DNA from: Microcoleaceae cyanobacterium
Lineage (GTDB): Bacteria > Cyanobacteriota > Cyanobacteriia > Cyanobacteriales > Microcoleaceae
Direction of reading: 5' to 3'
Assembly (NCBI GenBank): GCA_051652765.1
Contig: JBOFUV010000133.1
Location: 1-64,000, forward strand
Length of the DNA stretch: 64,000 nucleotides
A program made the position numbers and the translations under genes. Shown in pieces: positions 8,352 through 16,523 of this stretch; within the stretch, counting starts at the first letter, position 1; each line of letters starts with the position of its first letter. Below the pieces are notes generated by a model that saw only the letters and a list, made by a program, of their open reading frames with translations, searched no databases and was not told where the DNA came from.

Positions 8352-11204
8352 ATGTACCAAACTGCTCAAAATCGGCTGCGGCAAGACTTGACAATTGTTA
8401 AAAGTGCAATTCTTAAAAATGCTAGATATCATTACCTCATCAAACTACCGGAGTCGGAAGATTTTTTTGAGTTAGGAGAAGAAGACTATTATCTCTGCTG
8501 GTTAATGAATGGAGAATTGACTGACGCGGAAATTTGTAATCGATTTTGCGAAAGGTTTGGGCGAGTGATTACGACCCGTAACTTTAAATCATTTTCCCAA
8601 AGAATTGATGCGTTAGGATTGTTAGAGCCTTATCATCATGCATTTTCAGTCTTGGAAGAACCCGAGCCAAATTTATTACTAGATCCTCCTCATAATATCT
8701 CTGAAATTGAGCCTGAAATTGAGCCTGAAATTGAATTAGAGTTTACTCATAGTTATGACATCCCTGAATCCAAAAGTTACAATCCAATCAAGGTTAATCC
8801 TCCATATCACTGGGCGTTATTCAATCCCAATTTTGGGCTAAGAGGTCTAGCTACTTTATGTCATCCTTTGCGTCACTTGACTTACGGGATTATTCCCTTG
8901 TTAGGATTGGCAATTCTGACTATCCTCAATAATCAGCCTCTTTTTTGGCAAGACTTAACAACTGAAATTACCCCTATTCCTTTACTCAGTAAGCTCGGGT
9001 TTAACCTGCTCAGCATTAACATCTTAGGAAAGGTCGCTTATGGCGTAGTCTACACATATTATGGGGGCCGTAGTTCAACAGCAGGAATCCAGTTCATATT
9101 TGGATTTTTTCCCTTATTTTATCTCCAAACCTCGAATTTATGGCAATTCCGCCGCCAGCAGCTCCTTTGGATTTTTGCGACTCCACTACTATTCCGAATA
9201 TTTGCTTTTTCAGGGACAACTTTACTATGGTTTTGGTTGCGATTGACTCAACCTCAACTGTCCATCTTTTTTCTCATGTTATCTCAGATTTCACTCCTTA
9301 GTTTTGCCCTTCACGTTAACCCTATTTGGAAATCTCATGGCCATCTTTGGTTATCAACTTATTTGCGATCGCCGCAATTGTTAGAGCAGGCTCATCTGCT
9401 CATTAATCTGAGGATAAAGCGTCGTCCAATGCCTTTAAATTTGTCTCCTCATAAAATATTGGCGCTGCAAATTTATGGTGTAGTTGTGATCTTGTCTTGG
9501 ATCTTACTGCTGATCGCAATAGTTTTGGGAGGCATGATACTCACAGATTACTATCAAGGAATTGGATTTTTGATCTCAGTCACAGCAGTTATTCTTACAA
9601 TTAAATGGTGGCTCACAATGAATGGAAAATCTTCGTCTGGTGCTCATTCTAATTCAAAATCTAATTCAAGAATGATTCGAGAATTAAATTCAAGAATGAT
9701 TCAAGAGTTGTCAACTGTTGCACATCCTGCTAATGCTAATGGCTCAATTGCTTTAAATCATCCTCCCCGAATCGTCACCTTTTTAAGCACAACTCTTAAA
9801 ATTGGAGCTGTGATTGGGGTTGGAATTTTACTATGTTTACCTTATCGCTACCGTCCTGGCGGTGGAATTGAATTATTGACTCATCAGCAAAAAGAAATTC
9901 AGGTGGATATTTCTGGCCGAATTGCACAAGTTAAATTTGATGGTGGGGATGGGGCATGGATTAATGCAGGAACTACTATTGCTGAAATTGAACCGTCTAG
10001 CCAGGTTCATTATCAAACACCAACTGAAAATGATCTCTTGATCAAACGAGAACAAATTAATCGCCAAAGAGCTGAAATTGAGAAAGTCAAAGCGAATCTT
10101 AATCGTCTATTGTCTACACCTCGCCAGGAAGAAGTTGATGTTTCTCAGCGAAAAATAGAAGTAGAACAGCAAGAGTTAGCCTCAGTTCAAAGTCAGCTTG
10201 CTGTAGCTCGGGAAGAACTCAATTTAGCCCAGCGGCAAGTTGCAGTTCAAACGGAGGAATTGGCAGCAGTTCAAAGTCGAGTGGAGACCGTTCAAGAAGA
10301 GGTTAAAGTTGCCCAAAAAGATTTAGAAGCTGCCCAGATTAGATTAGAATTTCAAAGCCGAGAGGCCAATCGTTTACAGGTTTTATATCAAGAAGGAGCA
10401 ATTCCCTTGCAGGATCTTGAAGATGCTCAACGGCTAACGGAACTTGCTCAAGCAGAAGTAGATCGAGAAAAAAGTAATATTCAAAGTAAGCTCAAGCAAG
10501 TTGATGAACGGCAGCATGAAGTCCAGGTGCAACGGAATAATATTGAAGAAGAAAAACAAAATATTTTGGTTAAACAAAAGCAAGTTGAAGAACGTCAAAA
10601 TAACGTTCAGGCTCAACAAAAAAATATAGAAGTTAAACGAGCTGATTTGAGTCTAATTATGAGTGGCTCTCATCCAGATGAAATTGCTGCGGCTCGTAAA
10701 GATGTCGAAGCTGCTCAACTGCAATTGAAGCAATTAGAACAAGATATCACCTACACTCAAACTCAACTGGAGCGCCGAACTTTAGTGATGCCCTTTGATG
10801 GTCGTTTAACTACGCCTTATTTAACTCAAAAAGTGGGGAGTTACTTAGACCAAGGTCAAGTATTTGCGATCGCAGAAGATGATCGAAAAATTCGTGGAGA
10901 AATCGAAATTCCAGAGTCTGACATTGGAGAATTTTCTGTGGGTGCTCCCGTTGAGATTAAGTTATCGTCTTATCCAAACCAGGTGATTACGGGAGAGATA
11001 GTTTCTATTGAACCAAACGCAACAGAAAGTTCTAGCGGGCAGTTTATTAAAGCGATTGTTGAAATCCCCAACACTGAACAGATGCTCAAGCCAGGAATGA
11101 CAGGTCATGCCAAAATTTCAGGTGGAGTTAAACCAGTTATGTTCTCTTTTACTCGTCCTTTAGTGCGCTTCTTTCAAATTGAAGTGTGGTCTTGGATTCC
11201 TTAA
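8352..11204 (+). CDS. Fusion protein: PqqD/RRE-like N-terminus + degenerate M50-like multi-TM domain + HlyD-family membrane fusion protein
   Basis: ATG at 8352 follows ggggga and is preferred to GTG 8250. N-terminal RLRQDL...FFELGEEDYYL...GLLE pattern, several hydrophobic helices, long Q/E/K coiled coil, lipoyl-like halves (ISGRIAQV; MPFDGRL) and C-terminal LKPGMTGHAKI. Confidence 0.8.
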   Translation: MYQTAQNRLRQDLTIVKSAILKNARYHYLIKLPESEDFFELGEEDYYLCWLMNGELTDAEICNRFCERFGRVITTRNFKSFSQRIDALGLLEPYHHAFSVLEEPEPNLLLDPPHNISEIEPEIEPEIELEFTHSYDIPESKSYNPIKVNPPYHWALFNPNFGLRGLATLCHPLRHLTYGIIPLLGLAILTILNNQPLFWQDLTTEITPIPLLSKLGFNLLSINILGKVAYGVVYTYYGGRSSTAGIQFIFGFFPLFYLQTSNLWQFRRQQLLWIFATPLLFRIFAFSGTTLLWFWLRLTQPQLSIFFLMLSQISLLSFALHVNPIWKSHGHLWLSTYLRSPQLLEQAHLLINLRIKRRPMPLNLSPHKILALQIYGVVVILSWILLLIAIVLGGMILTDYYQGIGFLISVTAVILTIKWWLTMNGKSSSGAHSNSKSNSRMIRELNSRMIQELSTVAHPANANGSIALNHPPRIVTFLSTTLKIGAVIGVGILLCLPYRYRPGGGIELLTHQQKEIQVDISGRIAQVKFDGGDGAWINAGTTIAEIEPSSQVHYQTPTENDLLIKREQINRQRAEIEKVKANLNRLLSTPRQEEVDVSQRKIEVEQQELASVQSQLAVAREELNLAQRQVAVQTEELAAVQSRVETVQEEVKVAQKDLEAAQIRLEFQSREANRLQVLYQEGAIPLQDLEDAQRLTELAQAEVDREKSNIQSKLKQVDERQHEVQVQRNNIEEEKQNILVKQKQVEERQNNVQAQQKNIEVKRADLSLIMSGSHPDEIAAARKDVEAAQLQLKQLEQDITYTQTQLERRTLVMPFDGRLTTPYLTQKVGSYLDQGQVFAIAEDDRKIRGEIEIPESDIGEFSVGAPVEIKLSSYPNQVITGEIVSIEPNATESSSGQFIKAIVEIPNTEQMLKPGMTGHAKISGGVKPVMFSFTRPLVRFFQIEVWSWIP

Positions 11205-11251
11205 GTTATTTCTCATCAAGTTCATAGGATTTTTAGTTTGGAGAAACAGCA

Positions 11252-11617
11252 ATGCTCGATTTTCAATGTTCAACAATGCCCTTAGAATTTGAAGAACATT
11301 TAAGGCTGAGAAACTATCAAGAAACTTGGATTCAAGCCCTATTTGAAGAGACAAAGTTTGAGCTAGAACAGTTATCTAGGATTCCAGAGATGACTCTCAT
11401 ACCAGAAGAGCCGTGGGAAATTCCTCAGGGTTCATTTCTAGAATTTTTAGATAGCATGTCCCAAGAAACTATAGAATCTCAAAAAGAGCGTAAGACGCTG
11501 GCTGAATTACAAGAACGTTATCAAAAGTTACTCTATCATCGTGTTTGGTTGAATCGCTTATTACAGCAAGTTCATCGTGATGTAAAAGCCGCAACACTTG
11601 TGACCAGTAGTGCATGA
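11252..11617 (+). CDS. Hypothetical helical/coiled-coil protein
   Basis: 121-aa ORF co-oriented within the cluster, ggaga upstream; no family recognised. Confidence 0.55.
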   Translation: MLDFQCSTMPLEFEEHLRLRNYQETWIQALFEETKFELEQLSRIPEMTLIPEEPWEIPQGSFLEFLDSMSQETIESQKERKTLAELQERYQKLLYHRVWLNRLLQQVHRDVKAATLVTSSA

Positions 11618-11680
11618 TCGATTCGGGTTCATCCTAATCATTAATAGTGTCCATTCTGATCATTTTTACTGATAATTTCA

Positions 11681-12823
11681 ATGCGTCTTTACCCAAGGCC
11701 CCGACCGCAAATCAATTATCTTTTCCAACTATTTCTGTTTTCAGCATTTCTACTCTTCCCAACGTTAACTGCTTGCTCGATCACTTTCTCTAACCTCATG
11801 TCTCATCCATTTCTCTCAACACCTGTACGTTCTATGAGTTCAACATTAGTGTCTCCTCAGTTAAACTACCAACCGACACTGGGGCCCTATGGAGTCAAGA
11901 CGGTTGATCATCTGGTTTTGCCCGGTCGCAGCGGTCGTACCCTACCCCTGAGACTCTACTACCCTGAAGGATCAGGAAAATTTCCGGTGATTGTGTTCTC
12001 CCATGGCTTGGGAGCTTCAAAAGCAGGATATTCTCTTTTGAGTCAATTCTGGGCTAGTTATGGCTATGTTTGTATTCATCCAACCCATGCCGATGCCTTA
12101 GTTCTCCAAGGCAAGGCCCCAACACCGGAGAATTTGCAGGCTCTCGTGCGAACCATGCTCCAGGATGTCGAAGGCTGGCAACAGCGGGTGCAAGATGTGG
12201 TGTCCATTCTGGATGCCTTGGAGGAGCTAGAACACCAACTGCCGCAATTTCAGGGTCAATTTGATCTGCAAAACATTGGGGTCGGTGGTCACTCCTATGG
12301 GGCTTACACAACTCAATTGTTAGGGGGAGCTAGGATTGACTTGCCGGGTGAGCAACCGGGCAAAAGCTTTGCTGATCCTCGGATACAGGCTACTTTGCTC
12401 TTGTCTCCCCAAGGATCGGGGCAACAGGGTTTGACGGCGACCTCCTGGGAACAGCAGAAATTGCCCATGATGGTCATGACCGGGTCTCGGGATCAAGGCG
12501 CTCAAGGACAGGGCCCAGACTGGAAACAGGAAGCATTCAAGCTTTCCCCGCCGGGAGATAAATATCTGGTGTGGATCGAAGGGGCACACCATTTTTCCTT
12601 TAGTGCGCCCCTGTCAGAACCCTCCCGTAGGGGCAACCTGGGACGAGCCCCCAGGGAGTTAGAGACTGCCCCCCAACAGCAGGCGATCGCAGCCTATATT
12701 CAAATCTCCAGTTTGGCCTTTTGGGATACTTATTTAAAGCACAATCCAGACTCTAAAGCCTACCTTCAGAGCGATGCGTTAGAGAAGTACAGTCATTCTG
12801 CTGTTTCCATCTCGACAAAGTAA
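11681..12823 (+). CDS. Alpha/beta hydrolase (chlorophyllase/PAF-acetylhydrolase-like), probable lipoprotein
   Basis: FSHGLG oxyanion loop, GGHSYG nucleophile elbow, TGSRD, GAHHFSF; signal peptide ending in lipobox LTAC. Confidence 0.85.
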   Translation: MRLYPRPRPQINYLFQLFLFSAFLLFPTLTACSITFSNLMSHPFLSTPVRSMSSTLVSPQLNYQPTLGPYGVKTVDHLVLPGRSGRTLPLRLYYPEGSGKFPVIVFSHGLGASKAGYSLLSQFWASYGYVCIHPTHADALVLQGKAPTPENLQALVRTMLQDVEGWQQRVQDVVSILDALEELEHQLPQFQGQFDLQNIGVGGHSYGAYTTQLLGGARIDLPGEQPGKSFADPRIQATLLLSPQGSGQQGLTATSWEQQKLPMMVMTGSRDQGAQGQGPDWKQEAFKLSPPGDKYLVWIEGAHHFSFSAPLSEPSRRGNLGRAPRELETAPQQQAIAAYIQISSLAFWDTYLKHNPDSKAYLQSDALEKYSHSAVSISTK

Positions 12824-12841
12824 ATCCTGAGTAAATCCTGA

Positions 12842-14338
12842 GTGTCAAACCGATTGATTAAACCCCTCGTAAAGATGCTGACCCAACCTGGACTCCACCG
12901 TGCCAATTTTCGCAAAATTTGTATCAATGGGTTTGGAGATGGGAACAATGCCTATGCCCACTCCATGGCCTGGTTCAAAGATCATTTGTATGTCGGGACA
13001 ACTCGGGCCAACCTTTGCCTGCTGCGCCATTCCATGAAAAAAATCACCATCGATACCTGGCCCGTGGAATGCCCTTACCCAGTTTACTCTTCAGAGTTTG
13101 AGCAGATCCAAGCCCGCGCCGAAATCTGGCGCTATAGTCTAGTGTTGGACAGTTGGGAACGGGTCTTTCAAGCTCCAATGGTGTTTGGCAATACGGGGGA
13201 AGAGATGAGTCGAGATCTTGGGTATCGCGGCATGGTCGTCTTCCAGGGAAAATCCGATCCGGAACCGGCCCTCTATATTAGCACCTGGTCAAGGTCTCGC
13301 GGAGATGGCCCTTTAATTCTGCGGTCTGAAGACGGCAAAACTTTTGATACGGTCTCTAAACCTGGATTAGTCGGTCTTCCAGTCACAAGCTTCCGAACCT
13401 TAGTTCCGTTTAAGGGACGCTTGTTTACCGCACCCAGTGGTGCAGCTAAAGGCAATCCCAACACGGCGGGGGTGACGATGATTTACGAAAGTGATGATCC
13501 AGCCCAGGGCCAGTGGCGACCAATCAACGAACCCAACTTCGGTGACCCTGACAACTCGACTGTCTTTGAAATGAAGGGGTTTGGGGATTATCTCTATGCA
13601 GGCACCTTTAACATTCAGGGATTTCAAATTTGGCGAACTCGGGCCGAAGGTTCCCTGCCCTATCATTGGGAACGGGTGATGGATCGAGGGGGCGATCGCG
13701 GCTGCCTCAATCAAATCGCCACCAGCATGATGGTGTTTAACGATGCCCTCTACGTGGGCAGCGGCATTCAAAATGGCGGCTATGATCGCTTGAATCAGAT
13801 TGGGCCAGCCGGAGTCGAAATTCTGCGGATTCAGGCCGACGGGAGTTGGGATGTGATCATGGGGAACATCCGCCCCAATGGAAAACGTCCAATCAGTGGT
13901 TATCCGCCTGGATTTGGGAATTTGTGTAACGGCTATCTATGGCGGATGGGCGTTCATGAGGGTTGGTTGTATGCCGCCACCATGGACTGGAGTATTTTTC
14001 TGCGCTATGTCAATCTAGCGAACAAGCCCCCTCGAACAATGCGGCTGTTGCAACGGGTAGGTTTAGAAACGATTATGCACAATCAAGCCGGATTTGAGTT
14101 GTGGCGTACAGCCGATGGAGAAAATTGGGTTCCTGTAGATTGTCGAGGGTTTGGGAATCCCTACAACTATGGGGTTCGCAACATCATTTCTACCCCCCAT
14201 GGAGTGTTTTTAGGAACCACCAATCCCTTCGGCCCCAAGGTTGCTGTTCCGCAGGGAGAAGCTTGGCACTATGTTGATAATCCTCAAGGGGGATTGGAGG
14301 TTTGGTTGGGATCAACGAACGTTAACCCAGAACGTTAA
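12842..14338 (+). CDS. Putative beta-propeller protein of unknown function
   Basis: About seven repeats of the form GFG..N.Y...M..F...LY.GT; start is GTG 12842 or ATG 12875. Confidence 0.75.
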   Translation: MSNRLIKPLVKMLTQPGLHRANFRKICINGFGDGNNAYAHSMAWFKDHLYVGTTRANLCLLRHSMKKITIDTWPVECPYPVYSSEFEQIQARAEIWRYSLVLDSWERVFQAPMVFGNTGEEMSRDLGYRGMVVFQGKSDPEPALYISTWSRSRGDGPLILRSEDGKTFDTVSKPGLVGLPVTSFRTLVPFKGRLFTAPSGAAKGNPNTAGVTMIYESDDPAQGQWRPINEPNFGDPDNSTVFEMKGFGDYLYAGTFNIQGFQIWRTRAEGSLPYHWERVMDRGGDRGCLNQIATSMMVFNDALYVGSGIQNGGYDRLNQIGPAGVEILRIQADGSWDVIMGNIRPNGKRPISGYPPGFGNLCNGYLWRMGVHEGWLYAATMDWSIFLRYVNLANKPPRTMRLLQRVGLETIMHNQAGFELWRTADGENWVPVDCRGFGNPYNYGVRNIISTPHGVFLGTTNPFGPKVAVPQGEAWHYVDNPQGGLEVWLGSTNVNPER

Positions 14339-14372
14339 CCCCTCGAACGTTAAATCTAGCAGAGGAACTGAG

Positions 14373-15284
14373 ATGAACACTGACTTTGCTCAACCCCTAT
14401 TTATCCTGGCTTCTCCGCGTTCGTTTACCTCTGTGCTGTGTGGCATGTTGGGCCAGCATCCCCAAGCCTACGGGGTAGCAGAATTGAGCATCTTTGCTTC
14501 CGAAACCTTGCAAGAGTTTACGGATCGAATGCAGGGCTTATTTCAATACAATATGCATGGTTTACTTCGAGTGGTGATGCAACTTTATGCTGGGGAACAA
14601 ACGTTAGCTTCTCTTGAAATGGCTCGCCGTTGGGTTGCAACTCGCGGCGATCGCACTACGGGCGAAGTCTATCAAGAACTCTGCCAAAAAGTTGCCTCCA
14701 GACGCATTATTGATAAGAGCCCAATCTATTCGACAAAACGGGAAATCATGAACCGAATTTATCGAAATTTTCCCGATGCTTATTATTTGCATTTGGTTCG
14801 TCATCCCAGAACTCAAGGGCAATCTATGATGAATTTTGCTGACGGGAATCTGACGATTTTTGGAAATTCTGTGGACTATTCCACACATCCCCCAACGGTT
14901 GATCCGCAGTATTGGTGGTATACCATGCAATGCAATATTTTAGATTTTCTAGATACAGTTCCCTCAGAACAACAAATGCGCTTAAAAGGGGAAGATCTCT
15001 TGAGTGATCCAAAATCTTACTTTGAAAAAATTTGTGGTTGGTTGAATTTGGACTGGAATGATGAAGCGTTTGCAGCCATGTTAAATCCTCAGGACTCTCC
15101 CTATGCCTGTTTTGGCCCCTATGGTTCCCATGCTGGAAATGACCCAAACTTTATGCAGTCCGCTAAATTTAAGCAACGAGAGATTCCATCCAGTCAATTA
15201 GCAGGAGATTTACCCTGGCGTTCTGATGGGAAAGGTTTCATTCCAGATGTGATTCAACTCGCACAAACCTTGGGATATGAGTGA
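14373..15284 (+). CDS. PAPS-dependent sulfotransferase (resembles CurM/OLS ST domain)
   Basis: ATG after agagga. 5'-PSB loop LFILASPRSFTS, IIDKSP, 3'-PB HLVRHPR, GEDLL, DPNF, LGYE end. Confidence 0.9.
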   Translation: MNTDFAQPLFILASPRSFTSVLCGMLGQHPQAYGVAELSIFASETLQEFTDRMQGLFQYNMHGLLRVVMQLYAGEQTLASLEMARRWVATRGDRTTGEVYQELCQKVASRRIIDKSPIYSTKREIMNRIYRNFPDAYYLHLVRHPRTQGQSMMNFADGNLTIFGNSVDYSTHPPTVDPQYWWYTMQCNILDFLDTVPSEQQMRLKGEDLLSDPKSYFEKICGWLNLDWNDEAFAAMLNPQDSPYACFGPYGSHAGNDPNFMQSAKFKQREIPSSQLAGDLPWRSDGKGFIPDVIQLAQTLGYE

Positions 15285-15364
15285 TTGTTTGACAAGCTTT
15301 GACCTGAAACAATTATCCACAGTAATCATTCAAAGTAATCATTCAATTAGAGGGACATTGAATC

Positions 15365-16501
15365 ATGAAAAAGCACTATAGAATTCACATCTACCGTAAT
15401 ATTTCTAGTCTGTTATGCCTGATCCTAACTCCGGCATTGGCTCTGGCTTGTACTGCCAACGTTGTCAGTCATGAGTCTTCAGGTTTATCAAGGTCAACTT
15501 CCCTCCCAGCTTCCTCCAAGGTTGCCCTCAGTGCTCAAGATTGCACAACGATGATTCCCCCCATTCCAAGCGGCTATGGCTCTTTTGGCCCCTATACAGC
15601 CACGCAAACAACATTTGAGAGTCCCCTCTGGAAACTCAATCAAGTTCATGTTTATTTTCCCCAAGAAGCCACTGCTCCAGTTCCCGTGGTCTTTTTTGCC
15701 CATGCCTATGGAGCCATTTATCCTAAGTTTTATGGTGCCCTGATTCAACATATTGTCAGCCAGGGATATGCCGTGGTCTTTTCTCCCTATCAAGGACGCG
15801 GTGCTGATCACAGCACTCGTTATCAAATGTTGTGGGCTGGGTTTGAAGCGGCGGTTCAAAAATACCCAGATCGTTTAGACCTGAATCGAGTGGGGTTTAT
15901 GGGCCATTCCTATGGGGGAGGCGCAGTCCCAGCAATGGCCTATCGGGCCTTAGTTGAACGGGGGTGGGGAACCCAGGGGTCATTTTTGTTCATTATGGCT
16001 CCCTACTACTCTTTTGAAATTCAACCAGAACAGCTTCAGCGCCTCCCGGCTCAAACCAAACTGTTGATGCAGGTCTATGAAGAAGAGCAGATTAATGATC
16101 ATCGGATTGCGATCGCCCTGTTTAATCAGTTCAACCTCGCGGCTTCAGAGAAAGACTATGTTGTGGTTCGTTCGGATCAGAATGCAGACTGCACGTTAAT
16201 AGCCAATCACGAAACACCTGCCAGTTCTGGCTTGTGGACTACTCTTGAAGTCAACGGCCTAGATTACTATGGGGTCTATCGGCTGTTTGACGCATTGGCT
16301 GACTATACGTTCCAGGGTAGTCCAGGCGGAAAAGCCGTTGCTCTGGGCGACGGGAGCGATCAACAAACCTACATGGGAACATGGCCAAATGGGGTTGAAG
16401 TGAAGCGACTCATTGTTAATCCTACACCGCAACCCTTGCGAGAATCGGGTTCTTATCGATATCCCCAAACGAATCGCCCAGGAACGTTTACCGGAGAATA
16501 A
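15365..16501 (+). CDS. Alpha/beta hydrolase, probably exported/lipid-anchored
   Basis: FFAHAYG, GFMGHSYGGG, candidate catalytic His in ANHETP; basic N-terminus and hydrophobic stretch ending ALAC. Confidence 0.85.
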   Translation: MKKHYRIHIYRNISSLLCLILTPALALACTANVVSHESSGLSRSTSLPASSKVALSAQDCTTMIPPIPSGYGSFGPYTATQTTFESPLWKLNQVHVYFPQEATAPVPVVFFAHAYGAIYPKFYGALIQHIVSQGYAVVFSPYQGRGADHSTRYQMLWAGFEAAVQKYPDRLDLNRVGFMGHSYGGGAVPAMAYRALVERGWGTQGSFLFIMAPYYSFEIQPEQLQRLPAQTKLLMQVYEEEQINDHRIAIALFNQFNLAASEKDYVVVRSDQNADCTLIANHETPASSGLWTTLEVNGLDYYGVYRLFDALADYTFQGSPGGKAVALGDGSDQQTYMGTWPNGVEVKRLIVNPTPQPLRESGSYRYPQTNRPGTFTGE

Positions 16502-16523
16502 TCCATTACGTTGAACCATCACC

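Noticed and set aside
8352..11617. RiPP cluster suggested by the RRE-like domain
   Set aside because: No precursor-like peptide or RiPP-modifying enzyme is visible, and the protease motifs are degenerate.
14241..14372. Longer sulfotransferase start
   Set aside because: It overlaps the upstream gene; ATG 14373 has an RBS and directly precedes the PAPS loop.
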